Translations under genes and position numbers: made by a program | Source of the DNA: Epithemia pelagica | Lineage: Eukaryota; Protista; Bacillariophyta | Length of the DNA: 64,000 nucleotides | Direction: 5' to 3' | NCBI GenBank assembly: GCA_946965045.2 | Contig: OX337242.1 | Span: 1,550,001-1,614,000, forward strand | In this document: in pieces, positions 12,862 through 24,059 of the stretch | How the letters are laid out: each line of letters starts with the position of its first letter | How positions within the stretch are numbered: the first letter of the stretch is position 1 | Notes under the pieces: model-generated | What the model was told of the DNA's origin: nothing | Database searches by the model: none | What the model saw: only the letters and a program-made list of their open reading frames with translations

Positions 12862-13787
12862 GATCTAAAGTTCGACAATCAAACCACGTTTTGTCCTCAA
12901 GTTATTCTTGAGATGATCTGTGTCAAAGAAATCTTCGAGTCAAACGCACAACAAAAGAGTGTGAGAGTCTCTTTCCACAGTGAAATCATGAGTAAAGGAC
13001 CAGTGCAGCAAATGAACCATTGCGCGAGAGGTACGACAGTTCAGCACTAGAGGAGGAGGAATCCTTCCCATTCAGCAAACGTACCGGCGTAGCCTCACCA
13101 ACGAGCAATTCAAAATAGCCAGCAAGACTTATTGTGAGAATTGCGGAAATCAATCTCAACAAGAAATCACCTTGTTCGATGTAGGCCCGTGGGAGAGAGA
13201 AGCATCCGTATTGGGTGGGAACTGACACCCATTGTGGTTGCAGCCAGCGTCGATCCCCATAGACAAGAGGCGGGATCACTGGCTCCAAACCACCAAGAAA
13301 CGAGGCGTTTAGAGAGAAACGCTGGTCGTATCTCCACATGAATGAGCAGTAACCACTACTCTCCATTCCATGTTAAGCGCTGCCTTGCCGTCAACGTGGT
13401 CGGTGGGAGTCAATGTCCCAACGCACAATCCAAAAAGCAAAACAACGATCAAACAAGATTACAAAAGGCCCGGAAGGAGACCAATGGCGACAGGAACGAG
13501 CAGGTAGCGGCTGAGAAATGAGCCAATGGGAAGACGTGATCCCATGGAAAAGTGTCGAGTGTCGAGTGTCGACTCATGGCGCAGCGACGGTCCAAACGGT
13601 GGGAGTCAATTTTTTCATGTTTTCTTTGTTTTATGTTTTGCTTTTGAACGACAGCTGAAGATCTTTTTTGGGGTCGCGTTCCCCCCAACCGGAAAGAGAG
13701 GCCGCCTCGCGATCGCGATCGGGGCACCTCAGCGCGCAAGCCGGTTGTCACGATGATGTGGGCGCAGAACGCAAAAAAAACTCGACC

Positions 13788-14648
13788 ATGGCATCCAAAA
13801 AGTGTTTTTGTCATGAACTTGCCACATTGGATCATCCTCCGGGAACCTTCTTATGTGTCATGGGAACGTTTCTTGGATTTGTTACACCTCCATCGGCGGG
13901 GCTTGATATGGAAACGGAAACCCTAGATTCCTCGTCGTTTTGCAGCGATGACACGGTGGACACAAAGAAGGAGGAGGAGTCCATCAATACGAGCAACTGC
14001 TGCCTCATTGTGGACGATGGATCGGGATCTCCTGCGATTCTTTGCCTTCCCATTCATATGAGAAACAACCCGCGACTCATCGCATCATGTTCTCCTGGTC
14101 TTTTAGTCGAGTGCGTGGTTCATGTCAAGGGTGACAAGAAGCAGGGGTACCACCAGTTTTGGATCGATTCCATGACCGTCTGGACTGTTCAGACCAGGGA
14201 CGCAAGAAGCGATCCATCAAAGGCTGCTTCCATGCAAGAACCCTGTGATTTGGATCATTTATTCCTGAGAGGATTGGAAATCCAGTACAATCACAAACGA
14301 CAAATGCTTCCATCCGATCAAGTGGATGGAAAGGCACCAACCGTCCACGATTCGCATTCGCCATTCTATCCCAAAATGTTTCCCTGTAATAATGGGTCAG
14401 AAGATGGCATCCGGCAGCAAATTTATGAATTCACACAATCCTGTGCCTTTACTGGAGGTGTGACACGACAGGATCTGGCAACGGTCTTGGATTTGGACCA
14501 AAGCCTGTTGGAGACTGACAGTAACAGCCGCAGCGAGAGGAATGGTCTGGGAGAGGAATTCATCTCGTTGGAGCATCATTTGCAAGAGTTACAAAGACTG
14601 GGAAAGATTCATCTCGACGACCAAGGCAATTACAAACCGATCAAGTGA
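13788..14648 (+). CDS. RPA32/Stn1-like protein (OB fold plus C-terminal winged helix)
   Basis: LIVDDGSGSPAILC resembles the xDDGTG strand of RPA2/STN1 OB folds. The C-terminal IRQQIYEF..GVTRQDL..LQELQRLGKIHLDDQGNY resembles the RPA32 wHTH. ATG at 13788. Confidence 0.55.
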   Translation: MASKKCFCHELATLDHPPGTFLCVMGTFLGFVTPPSAGLDMETETLDSSSFCSDDTVDTKKEEESINTSNCCLIVDDGSGSPAILCLPIHMRNNPRLIASCSPGLLVECVVHVKGDKKQGYHQFWIDSMTVWTVQTRDARSDPSKAASMQEPCDLDHLFLRGLEIQYNHKRQMLPSDQVDGKAPTVHDSHSPFYPKMFPCNNGSEDGIRQQIYEFTQSCAFTGGVTRQDLATVLDLDQSLLETDSNSRSERNGLGEEFISLEHHLQELQRLGKIHLDDQGNYKPIK

Positions 14649-15135
14649 AATCTCCTGTGACATCGCTGTATACTTACTGTCGGTAAGAGACTGAATCTTT
14701 CTCATGAACAAACTCCACAGCAGTTGGGGCGTTCTCTTGTGTCCAAGAACGACATGCGCACTATTGGATCTTGACATGGCGTTGGCGCTTTTCGAAGAAT
14801 CCGTCCGGAACATGGACTTGGCGTGTGCCAACCCAGCAAGACAAAACGAGGCCAGACCTCACATTTAGCTTTCTAGAAGACATCCAATGCCAGATCCAAC
14901 GAGTGATCACGTCCTTTGAAGCAACTTGCCGGCAACGCATCCATACAAAGTACTCCAAGGTAAAAGGCATCCCAAAAAAAGTAGGGTACTCCTACTCCAA
15001 ACTTCTAGCTAAGCTAGGTAGGAGTAGCGACAGCTTCTAGCTTGTGAGAGGTAGCCGATCAGTCGTGGTTGTAGTGTAGATTCAAATTTTCAAAATGTTC
15101 TTGCGGTCGCGACATGCGACAGGGAGAAATCCACC

Positions 15136-17004
15136 ATGACGGCCAGAAAGCGGTTGGGATCCAACAAACGAACGAAGAAGTCATGGACATCCGTCCTGCT
15201 CCTTTCTGTTGTGCTGTTGTTTGGAGTTTTGTTTCTGGTGTACCTAGTGACCTTCCTTGCCTTGTTGTGGAACGTGACATCGTCAAAGTCGACTCCAGCC
15301 GTGTCGGAGGCAATTCACGGAGAAGAATCCATTTCTCAGGACTCCGCACCAGGAACAAAGCAACAAGAAGATCCATCTCTCAATTCTCAAACACTTTTGC
15401 TTCGACAGAAACTGGAACAGAATGCCGACTTTCTTCGTGAATATGCGAAACAAGGTCCCAACCAACGTGGCCACGACGATAAACACGACACAAGACAGAC
15501 TCTTTGGAGATACGATGATCCTTCGCTTGTGAGTGAATCTTCCATTTACAATAACAAAATCAAGATGCCATTTCTTTCCAGTATACCAGCAAGACACAGA
15601 ATTCCGGCATCCGTTTCCAATGTTTCCGAATTTTTTCGTGATCCACACAACGTTTTCCCCATTCGAGAATACCTATTTGATTATAATCCTTCCATTGTGA
15701 AGATACCATGGCCGTTGTTCTCGTCCCCCTCAAGTGGACGCAATGTATCCAAGTCATCAAATAGTACGTCGTTGTACTGGAAACGTCAAAAGGCATATTA
15801 TCTGGTGTCCTTCCGTGTTTCGAACAAGAACTACTGTTTCCATCCCGAGGACCGACAACGAATGATGGGAGAGGGAGCTGGAAATATTAAAGGCGAAAGC
15901 TCCAAAGATTATCTAGGATTGGCATTATTGACCAAACAATTGGACATGCTTACTTCGGTGGTGGTAAATATCAAATCCGTCGGATTTCCATCGGCGGAGG
16001 ATTTTCGATTGTTTGTGTTACACAACAGGGTCTACATTAGCACATACGATCTCATTGCACCTCTGTGGCTGTTTGACCGTCCATCGACGGCAGTGGCCGC
16101 ATCATCGGTGGCTACTGCTACTTTGAAACAACATGTTCAGAATTTCACCATGGTTCCTTCGGTCTTTGGCAACGAACGAAAAGATTTCAATGTATGGGTT
16201 GGGAAGCAAAAGTCATGTGCGAGTTGCAGTCGGGCCAATGCTTGTGGTAAAAATCTGAATTATTTTCTCACCGACTCTATCTCGAACCAATCACACGCTT
16301 TGGTTGAAGTTTGGCCTTCTCCGCCGCATCTTGTACATGGTATTGATCTGTCCCAGCCATGCCGACGTGCGGAAAAACCGATCCAAACTTTCGCGTCGCA
16401 GCAAAGTCCCATCCGGTCGTTTGCCACGGTGGAAGAAGAAATGTTTCCTCGCATTCCTCATAGCGACAATCGAGGTGTGTTCACGAGGGGACGAGGTGGA
16501 GCTTGTTGCATCGAGCTCGAGCATACAACCGGGGGCAGCGACACAACAAAACCACTTTTGGTGGGCATTCAACACGTCAAGACGCCATGGCAAAAATCAC
16601 GACGACATGATACATCTGGTACTGGTGAACTGCAAGCCAATCATTATCTTTCATCGTTTTATGCATTCGAACCCACGCCGCCGTACAACTTGGTTGCGCA
16701 GTCGGGTTATTTCTGCTTGCCCTTCGCATCGGCTTCGTCCGACCAGACGCCATCTTCTCCGGCCAATACCATTGCGAAAGCAACAGCTTGGCGCTCATTG
16801 AAATTGGGAAATGAGACGTTCCCAAGGTGCCCTCGCATCCATTTCGTCAGCGGTTTGATCCTACTTGACAACAACAATCAGAATGATGAAGGAGATGTTC
16901 TGATATCCTACGGAGTCAATGATTGTTATTCTCGTTTCTTTGTCATCTCGCGAGAAGAAATTTTCCGTCTGTTGTTCACCATGGACACAGAAGATGTCGT
17001 GTGA
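15136..17004 (+). CDS. Type II membrane protein with a GH130/beta-mannosyltransferase (BMT, GT91)-like beta-propeller
   Basis: N-terminal TM (VLLLSVVLLFGVLFLVYLVTFLALLW); motifs DYNPSIV, EDFRLFV, FYAFEPTPPYNL, IHFVSGL and LISYGVNDC. Confidence 0.55.
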   Translation: MTARKRLGSNKRTKKSWTSVLLLSVVLLFGVLFLVYLVTFLALLWNVTSSKSTPAVSEAIHGEESISQDSAPGTKQQEDPSLNSQTLLLRQKLEQNADFLREYAKQGPNQRGHDDKHDTRQTLWRYDDPSLVSESSIYNNKIKMPFLSSIPARHRIPASVSNVSEFFRDPHNVFPIREYLFDYNPSIVKIPWPLFSSPSSGRNVSKSSNSTSLYWKRQKAYYLVSFRVSNKNYCFHPEDRQRMMGEGAGNIKGESSKDYLGLALLTKQLDMLTSVVVNIKSVGFPSAEDFRLFVLHNRVYISTYDLIAPLWLFDRPSTAVAASSVATATLKQHVQNFTMVPSVFGNERKDFNVWVGKQKSCASCSRANACGKNLNYFLTDSISNQSHALVEVWPSPPHLVHGIDLSQPCRRAEKPIQTFASQQSPIRSFATVEEEMFPRIPHSDNRGVFTRGRGGACCIELEHTTGGSDTTKPLLVGIQHVKTPWQKSRRHDTSGTGELQANHYLSSFYAFEPTPPYNLVAQSGYFCLPFASASSDQTPSSPANTIAKATAWRSLKLGNETFPRCPRIHFVSGLILLDNNNQNDEGDVLISYGVNDCYSRFFVISREEIFRLLFTMDTEDVV

Positions 17005-17621
17005 TTCAATTCATGTTGGACTCATTCATGGTGATTGGGTCAATTTGCTGTATCGAGGCCTACGACCATTTGAGAAACAAAGCTTCACATCCCTCTTCGA
17101 AAGTGTTAACAATCTCTGAAGTTGAGAATGCATGGGGCGCTACTTGTTACTCTTTCGGTAGTAGACTATAGACTGGGGCTTGCCTATTTGGCTACAGTAT
17201 CGCCTGGTTGACTGACATTATTGAACATGGACAACTCCGCCATGATTGCAAGCCGATGGTGACTAATCATTGGTGAAACCTGATATGGGTACATCCAAGA
17301 AAAGAAGGTTACCTTTTGTCTACTCAAGTCTATTACTCCAAGCAAGTTAAGAAAATGGTCTAGCGGAGTACTACTTCTACGTCCATTCGTTCTTTGCGAG
17401 CTTGACGTCACGCGCCGCATCTATCTCCCAGCGGGGAAGTTGGTCGCTCATGTTCCATGCATTCACTTAATGAATTTATTCAAGATGCATGACTGACACG
17501 CGACTGAGACTAAACACCGCTGGGTAGTGATAGAGCCCCGTCCAAACGACGCATTTGTCCATTTTTTGGGTCGTTTCTCAGGCCTCATTTCTCATGCCAC
17601 ATCAAAGATCCAGCCGTGACC

Positions 17622-18599
17622 ATGATTCGAATCTTCATCTTTCTACTTGCAGTGACCCGTGTTTCCCTTGCGCTAGACTTCGATCCCAACGCCTTTGGAA
17701 ATGGTGGTGATGGCGAATTCCAGGGAAAGTTCTGTCCTCCTTATCGTTGCCCAAAGGGTCAAGAACCAGTGAGTCATTAAATGGGAAAATGACCGCAACG
17801 CATCAGAATCAGAAGGGGTATCAGATGAGACCGATGATTTTGAAGCGTTTCTTACGTTTCCTTTGTTTATTTTTGAAAATTTGAAAGGTTCCCAAGTGGC
17901 CCTTAGGGCTGAAGTCAACAGGTAAGTTAGTGTGGTTCACTCTGCCTTCGCCGACCATATTGTGCGAGATACAAGAGCCCTTTGCTGAACTTTATTGTAG
18001 GTTGCAGTGGAATGGGAGGCCAGGTTGTCTCCGCGAATACGGGCAGTTCATCGAAAGCAGAGACATGTTGTCACGAACGCAATGCGTGCTTTCAAACTTG
18101 CGGAATGCTCAAAACGCACTGCGAAGAACAATTCCTGAAATGCAGCGAAGAGAAGTGCGCGGCTTTGGACGAGAAAGAGAAGAAGGCATGTGAGAGTACC
18201 ATGAGCATACATATGCTTATGGCGAAATTCGATCAATCTTGTAACCGATATGATCAAGAGCAATACAGTCATTGCGAATGTGTCGATAAAGACAAAGCCG
18301 CGAGCAAGCGTGAACGTGTTATTCGAAGCTTTTACAAGAAGTTCAATCCAGACGCTGTCGATAAGGTACAGGGATTGCTGAAGAAGGTGGACACTCCTAG
18401 TAAAATGGCTGGTCTACTCCTGAAACTCGTGAAAAAATATCCAGAAGCTATCAAAAAGGTAAAGGACCCGCAACAAGAATACTTGGAGAACCTAATGGGC
18501 GACATGGACGAAAAGAAGAAAGAGGGTGGCGATGGTGTAAATGACGAAGATGAAGCAGTTGAAAGCGATGCTGAGGATTTGGGAGTCGATGAACTATAG
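17622..18599 (+). CDS. Secreted/ER group XII phospholipase A2-like protein, probably catalytically inactive, 3 exons
   Basis: Signal peptide MIRIFIFLLAVTRVSLA. Exons 17622-17768, 17888-17921, 18001-18599. Cys pattern GCSG..CCHERNACFQTCG..K..CEEQF..C; C-terminal VDEL. Confidence 0.75.
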
Positions 18600-19099
18600 T
18601 AGGAAAAAGAATACGTTCAGCTATCTCTGAGGGGTTGTCTTGCAAGTGCTCGGAAATTGGTTCCCATTGCACTTATCTGACCGCACTGGTTCGTGTGGCT
18701 CGTTTTCGGAAACAGGACGACCGGAATACTTTTATTGAACAAAACACTACTCCTAGGCATGAGCAAGCTTCGTTGTTCGTCTAAAGATTCGAGTCAACGT
18801 CCCATGTCACTCCTCGACAACATGAGGTCATAAATTTAAGTGGAGAGATATTGTTTATGCCTATACGATGTTAAGTCTCTTTGCGTCCACACTAATTGTT
18901 TCATTGGTATTCATATGCATTTCCCCATTCCCCTTTCGTTGTTTCATGTTTGGGCCAACTTGAATCTAGTTCTTTAGTGTTGGATTCGACCTTTGACCTG
19001 TCTGTTAGGTTGCTCCACATGTCCCATGAAACGTCAGTAAACAAATATACATACATGATCATCACAAATTGCACAACAAGTAGAAGGACTGGAGAACCC

Positions 19100-22000
19100 T
19101 TAGCATGAAAACGTGAACTTTTTTGGAAATTGCCAGAGTTCTCCCTCTTCGGCCAACGATTTCCACTTCTTACACACTAACGCGGCTTCGTGAACCATTT
19201 TCCCAGATAAATAGCTGAAGATCTTCAGGGCCACTTTTCTAGGAACCGGCGGTAAGTCTGGTCCAAAATACTCTTCTGTTTGACCTTCTGTCATCCTGTG
19301 TTCACCACTCCCAACACTGACAACCTTTGTGATGGACGAAGGAGGTTTTTCGGCCATTAAATCAAGTTTTGCCACCTTGGAAGTACCAGAAGTCAAGGTT
19401 GGTGGCGACGACAAGGCGGATAGGATTTTCTCGTCGGACGTTATCTTGGAGATGCTTCGTTTCAGACTCGGTTTTTCCGTACTGGATATGGTAGGTTGTC
19501 TTTTTTGTGTCTCCTCAAGAATTGGAGTGCTTTTGTTAACCTGAGTATTCTGTTGTGAAGGAGCCGTTTGGGGAGATGGTGTGGTATGGTGGTTTCGGTT
19601 GGAGCGATTTTCTTGCGGATAAGATGGGTGATTCGCCTTGCGCTGCTCATTCGAGGCCAACGGAGAATATCCGACTGGGTGATTGGGATGGTGGCGGTTT
19701 GCCATGTACGGCGTGGCGGTGTGAGGAGGTGGTGGTGGATGCATATAGTAATGTGGATGTACGGGGCGTTGATGTGGCTGCGGTTGTGGTCGATGTGGTA
19801 CCGAAGGAGCAGTATCGCTGGACGACGGAGAAGGACCTTGGTTTTGCGACGTAGAGGGTGTCGGCCGTAGAGGACGAAGCATTGTGCTTTGCGGGACATG
19901 TTTGGGGACATTCGAGGGTGGAGTTGTTGATGGTTTTTGTTGGTGTCCTCTCCATGCATCCTGCGCAGCCTTCATGGCGAACTTCGCGCCCTCCTCATCT
20001 TTCATTTTGCGCCGGGCATCAATGAGCTTTTGTGATCCAGCGCGATTGTAGCAATCCTGACACTTGCACTTATCACAGCATAGAATGCCGCCTTTGAAAC
20101 ACTATTAGAGCAAGAGGGTAATCGTCAGTCTTTTGGCATGTACAGCAAAACATGAAGTCATCAAAACGAAAAAGACACGTACCTCACAATATTTCTTTAA
20201 GCAACCGGTTTTGGAACATTTACAGCCCATGTTGTGCTGACCCGCTCCCGCTACTTCGGTCGGCACTTCCAAGCGTGGTTTAAAGGCATTGGGATTCTTG
20301 GATTTAATCTCCTTCATCGCCTTGGTGCGCAGCGCTTCAAATCCTGGTTGGTTATGGCAGTCGAGACATCGACAGCCAGCATGACAATACGCATTGGCTC
20401 CAAAGCAATCACAATACAACTTGAGGCATCTGGACTTTTTACATTTGCATGGTGGCCGCTTGCTACCTTGATTTGGTTTTTTTCCGCTGCCTATACTGGG
20501 GCCTGTGACGACGGGAATAGTACGTCCGTTGGCACTGCGAGGCATGGGGGAAATCAGTGCCGATGTGTTGACTGGATAGTATCCATGGTGATGGTGGTGT
20601 GGTGGTGGTGGATGACGACCACCACTGTGGGGGCCACTTCCACCGGTCGTTGGTATTGGTAAATGAGGCGGCGCATGATGCTGACTGTGCTTTAGTGGTG
20701 TGTGCAGAGCATGCACCGACGGTGGTGGTAAAGCATGATGCTGACTGGGAGGACGCGGGTGACTTCCATAGGGAGCATGTCCGTGGTGCATCACTGGTGG
20801 AATCGAGTTGGGTGGATGTGTCGGGGTGGACGACGGCATGGATGGTGGTGTCGACCTTGAGGGTGGATTCGTACGCATATAATCACTTGTACCTATGGTT
20901 GCCTTGCCTTCTGCCACATGTGAGCCTGTGGTTGTTGAGGGTGGACTTGTGTCGATCGGTCTTTGAGAGATATTCGGAACCTCACGTTTTGTTTCAGATG
21001 CGCCGAATCCACGTAATCGGCTATTCACCTGTTCCAAGGAGCGCTGGTTTCCAGGTCGTCCTCCCAACAACTCAATTCGTAAACCAGAAGATGGTGACTG
21101 CAAGGTTGAGACCGTCGGTGTTGGTTTGGAAGATCCTGGAGTTTGTTGTGGCTGCTGATTTTCCCACAAACGGCGAGGCTTGGTTTCGCTTCGACGGCGG
21201 TTTTGATAGCCTGAATCATGCATATCCTGATCATTCTTTTGCTGGGATGTTGTGGATGCGACCATGGGCGAGGCACGTAGATTTGTAACTGTACTCATGA
21301 TTCCTGCTCTTCGAGCTGAGGAGGAGGACGAAGAGTAGCTACTTCCTGGTCGTTCAAAAACCAAGGGAGACGCTTTGGGGTTCTTCTTGTCGTAGCTGCG
21401 AGACGGAAAATCGCCGAGCAATCCTGAGAAGGGCGATTCTTCTCCCGGTGGCGGAGACTGCATCGACGGTCCCGGTGAAGGTTTGAGCTGGTCAAAGTCA
21501 TCAGTCGCCAGTTGGTGACGCAAAACAGACGATTGCATCATGGGAGAAAAATCGTCGTTTTCGCCGACCAAGGGGGTGCGTCCAGGAGTATCTACACCAA
21601 AGCTCCCGACCAGGCTACTCAGAAAAGAACGTTGTGCAGGGGTTGTCATGCTAATTCCTCCCGTCAGTTGTACGGCCGAGGACGATCCGGCTCTTCGAAA
21701 GACAGAGTCGGCGTCGGTTCCTCGAGATCTCTTGATAGGCGTGGAAAGGTCTCCCTCTTCGGTTTGCAGTTGCAATGGCGAGGCCTTTGGTGCCATCAAC
21801 TCTCGTCGACTTCTCCTGCGATTGCTGCCGCTGGTAAATGTGGTTCTTGCATCATCGTCTTCTTGATGTTGGGTTTGTTCTTGGGGTGGCGATTCCTTGA
21901 CATTGGCATGATCCGTTTCCGAAGGCGACCATTGCAAAGTCGGTATAATGGGTGAAGCATTTCTTTCTTGATCCATGACTTGCGATGCGTGTTTGTTGTG

Positions 22001-22549
22001 GGAGGACGGAGCACTTGACGCTTTGCTAGGAAGATACTGGGTATGGTCATGGTGCTGGTGAGGCGGGGGAGGTACATGGTGGGGATGGGAATGATGAACA
22101 TGGCCATGGGGAGGATAATGAGCATAATGACTGGCATGGTGGTGGTGAGGAGGATAGTGTCCTGGGTGTTGTGGATACTGCATATAGGCGTGGTAGGGAT
22201 GAGGAGCCCCTGCTGGTGGATAGTGCGCATGGCCTGGAGCGTGATGGCGCTGAGGGCTATGAGACTTGGTGGGAGGATAATACGGTGAAGGATCTTGTGA
22301 AGGATAACCCGGGTGACGGTGTTCATGTCTGTACGAAGGAGGTGGATGAACGGGAGGAGTTGGAGGGGAACATCGTAGACGGTCCGTGGAGGTCGATGGT
22401 GCCGCTGGGTCTTCAAAGGAGCCCAAAGGCAATTGCCAAATATTTTCCTCATCCGACGGAGTAGGATGATTCGGTTTCACCGTTCGTTCCATAGTGCTCG
22501 TTTGTGTCAAAGAGGATGACTCTTTTGCAATCATGCCTGGAGATTCCAA
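19100..22549 (-). CDS. Tesmin/TSO1/LIN54-like CXC (CRC) domain protein with a C-terminal F-box, 2 exons
   Basis: Two CXC motifs: CKCKKSRCLKLYCDCF and CKCSKTGCLKKYCE|CF, the second completed across intron 20102-20182, which joins both track ORFs in frame. F-box LPPVPRKVALKIFSYL..AALVCKKW near the end. First ATG at 22534. Confidence 0.88.
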
Positions 22550-24059
22550 CAGTCACCAGAAGCACAACGAAACACAACCTTGCACACAACCACAAAGATG
22601 AGATCTACACAAAGCGTTCAGTCAAATGCTTCAAGTCGGAGTAGGGAGTACTTGTCGAGTAGCCGCAGGAGCTAGTGGCTGTCGATTGCTAAGCTTACGA
22701 AGCGAGCCCAATTGTCCTTGTCGTCTTGAGAACTCAAGTTGCTAGAGCAACTTTGTGTTGATATGCCAAATCTGTGAGTATGAAATCAAGTTGGCAGTCG
22801 TGAATGGGCCGTCGACTTAGAGAAAGCCGTTGCTTCGAGCAGTCGTGAGAAGGGAAGATCCGTTGAAGAAAGATGAATGAGGGAGTGATCCGGGAACAGA
22901 AACTCAACACCACTCAGCTGCCTCGAAATGCAAGCTTTCTTTCTTGATTGTTTGATCAATCCGTATTGTGGACAACCAAATCCAATGGAAACGCGTCCTG
23001 TAACTGGAGTGGAGCGAGATGTAAAACGTCGCCAACTTGCGTGTACTCCACCTGATACGCTCCTTGCACTTCACACCCCTTGAGAAGAACAAGTGCACCC
23101 CCGTTCGCCCAATTACGATGCTTCACTACGACTCTGCCTTTGTTGTAGTTAGCCAGCCTTCCTTCTTGAGCTTCTTGTTGTTGTTGTGTTTGGTTGGACA
23201 CCCGACAAGAGCAGCAACAACGAGACAACGGCGGACGACGAGTGGGGATGGAATCTGTGTGGAAGGAAATGTGATGGGAAACCACGATACATCGCGCCAC
23301 CCACCAAACTCCACCAATCCACCAACGTTCGTTTTGGCTGCATGTTGCTGCCGAGCGAGCCATATTTTCTCTCCAATAGAAGGGCGGTGATTCGCCCGTC
23401 GGACACTTTTGCGCGCATGCCTTACAAACCAATTGGGCGCAGCGCCCGAATCGACAACCCGTTGTTTCCGCGAGCCATTCGATTCAAAGACGAATTGCAC
23501 AAGATATTGTAAACGAGCACTGGGGTGTGGGGACCAACGTGACTCTGGAGGTGCACCGATCGGCGGGGGACTGGTATTGTATTGCCCCCTCCATTGTGTC
23601 CCCCATTCTCTCGAGGCGCGGGAAGATTTGGCGGTGGGAAACACCAAGAAGGTTACCTACGACAGAGTGACCGCGAAACCTCTGATAACTGTTGGGTGTT
23701 TGGGGTGGCTCCAACACAAGTCAGTGAGAAAGGAAACAGTCTCGAGAGAAGAGGGAGTTCCTATTCTTGGCACAGACTGCAATTTGTTGGACCATCGGAT
23801 GTCCCCCTGCTTGTGCTGGCTCGGTGTATGGTCCCCATTCCTCCTGATACTCCAAGTATTTCTCTTGACGTGGTCATTACGACACTGAGTGAGAGGCCTT
23901 TCGTACTCTCTTGAGGGCCATCTGATTGAGGACATCCTGCAAAAAGGCCGAACGTCAAGAAGTCGGCCATAGGGGAGGTGGAGAAGGAGCTGCACTATAT
24001 ATTCGTGCAAGACCATCTCGGTCAAACACTAGGGACGCGAAGACGTCGCACAGCAATAC

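Noticed and set aside
14771-15040. Short ORF with GYSYSKLLAKLG resembling Y-family polymerase NKLLAKLA
   Set aside because: No other polymerase motifs; the match coincides with a promoter-like inverted repeat.
22900-24030. Cluster of overlapping 60-170 aa ORFs between the CXC gene and MGAT1
   Set aside because: No recognisable domain or consistent exon structure; treated as intergenic or an unresolvable relic.
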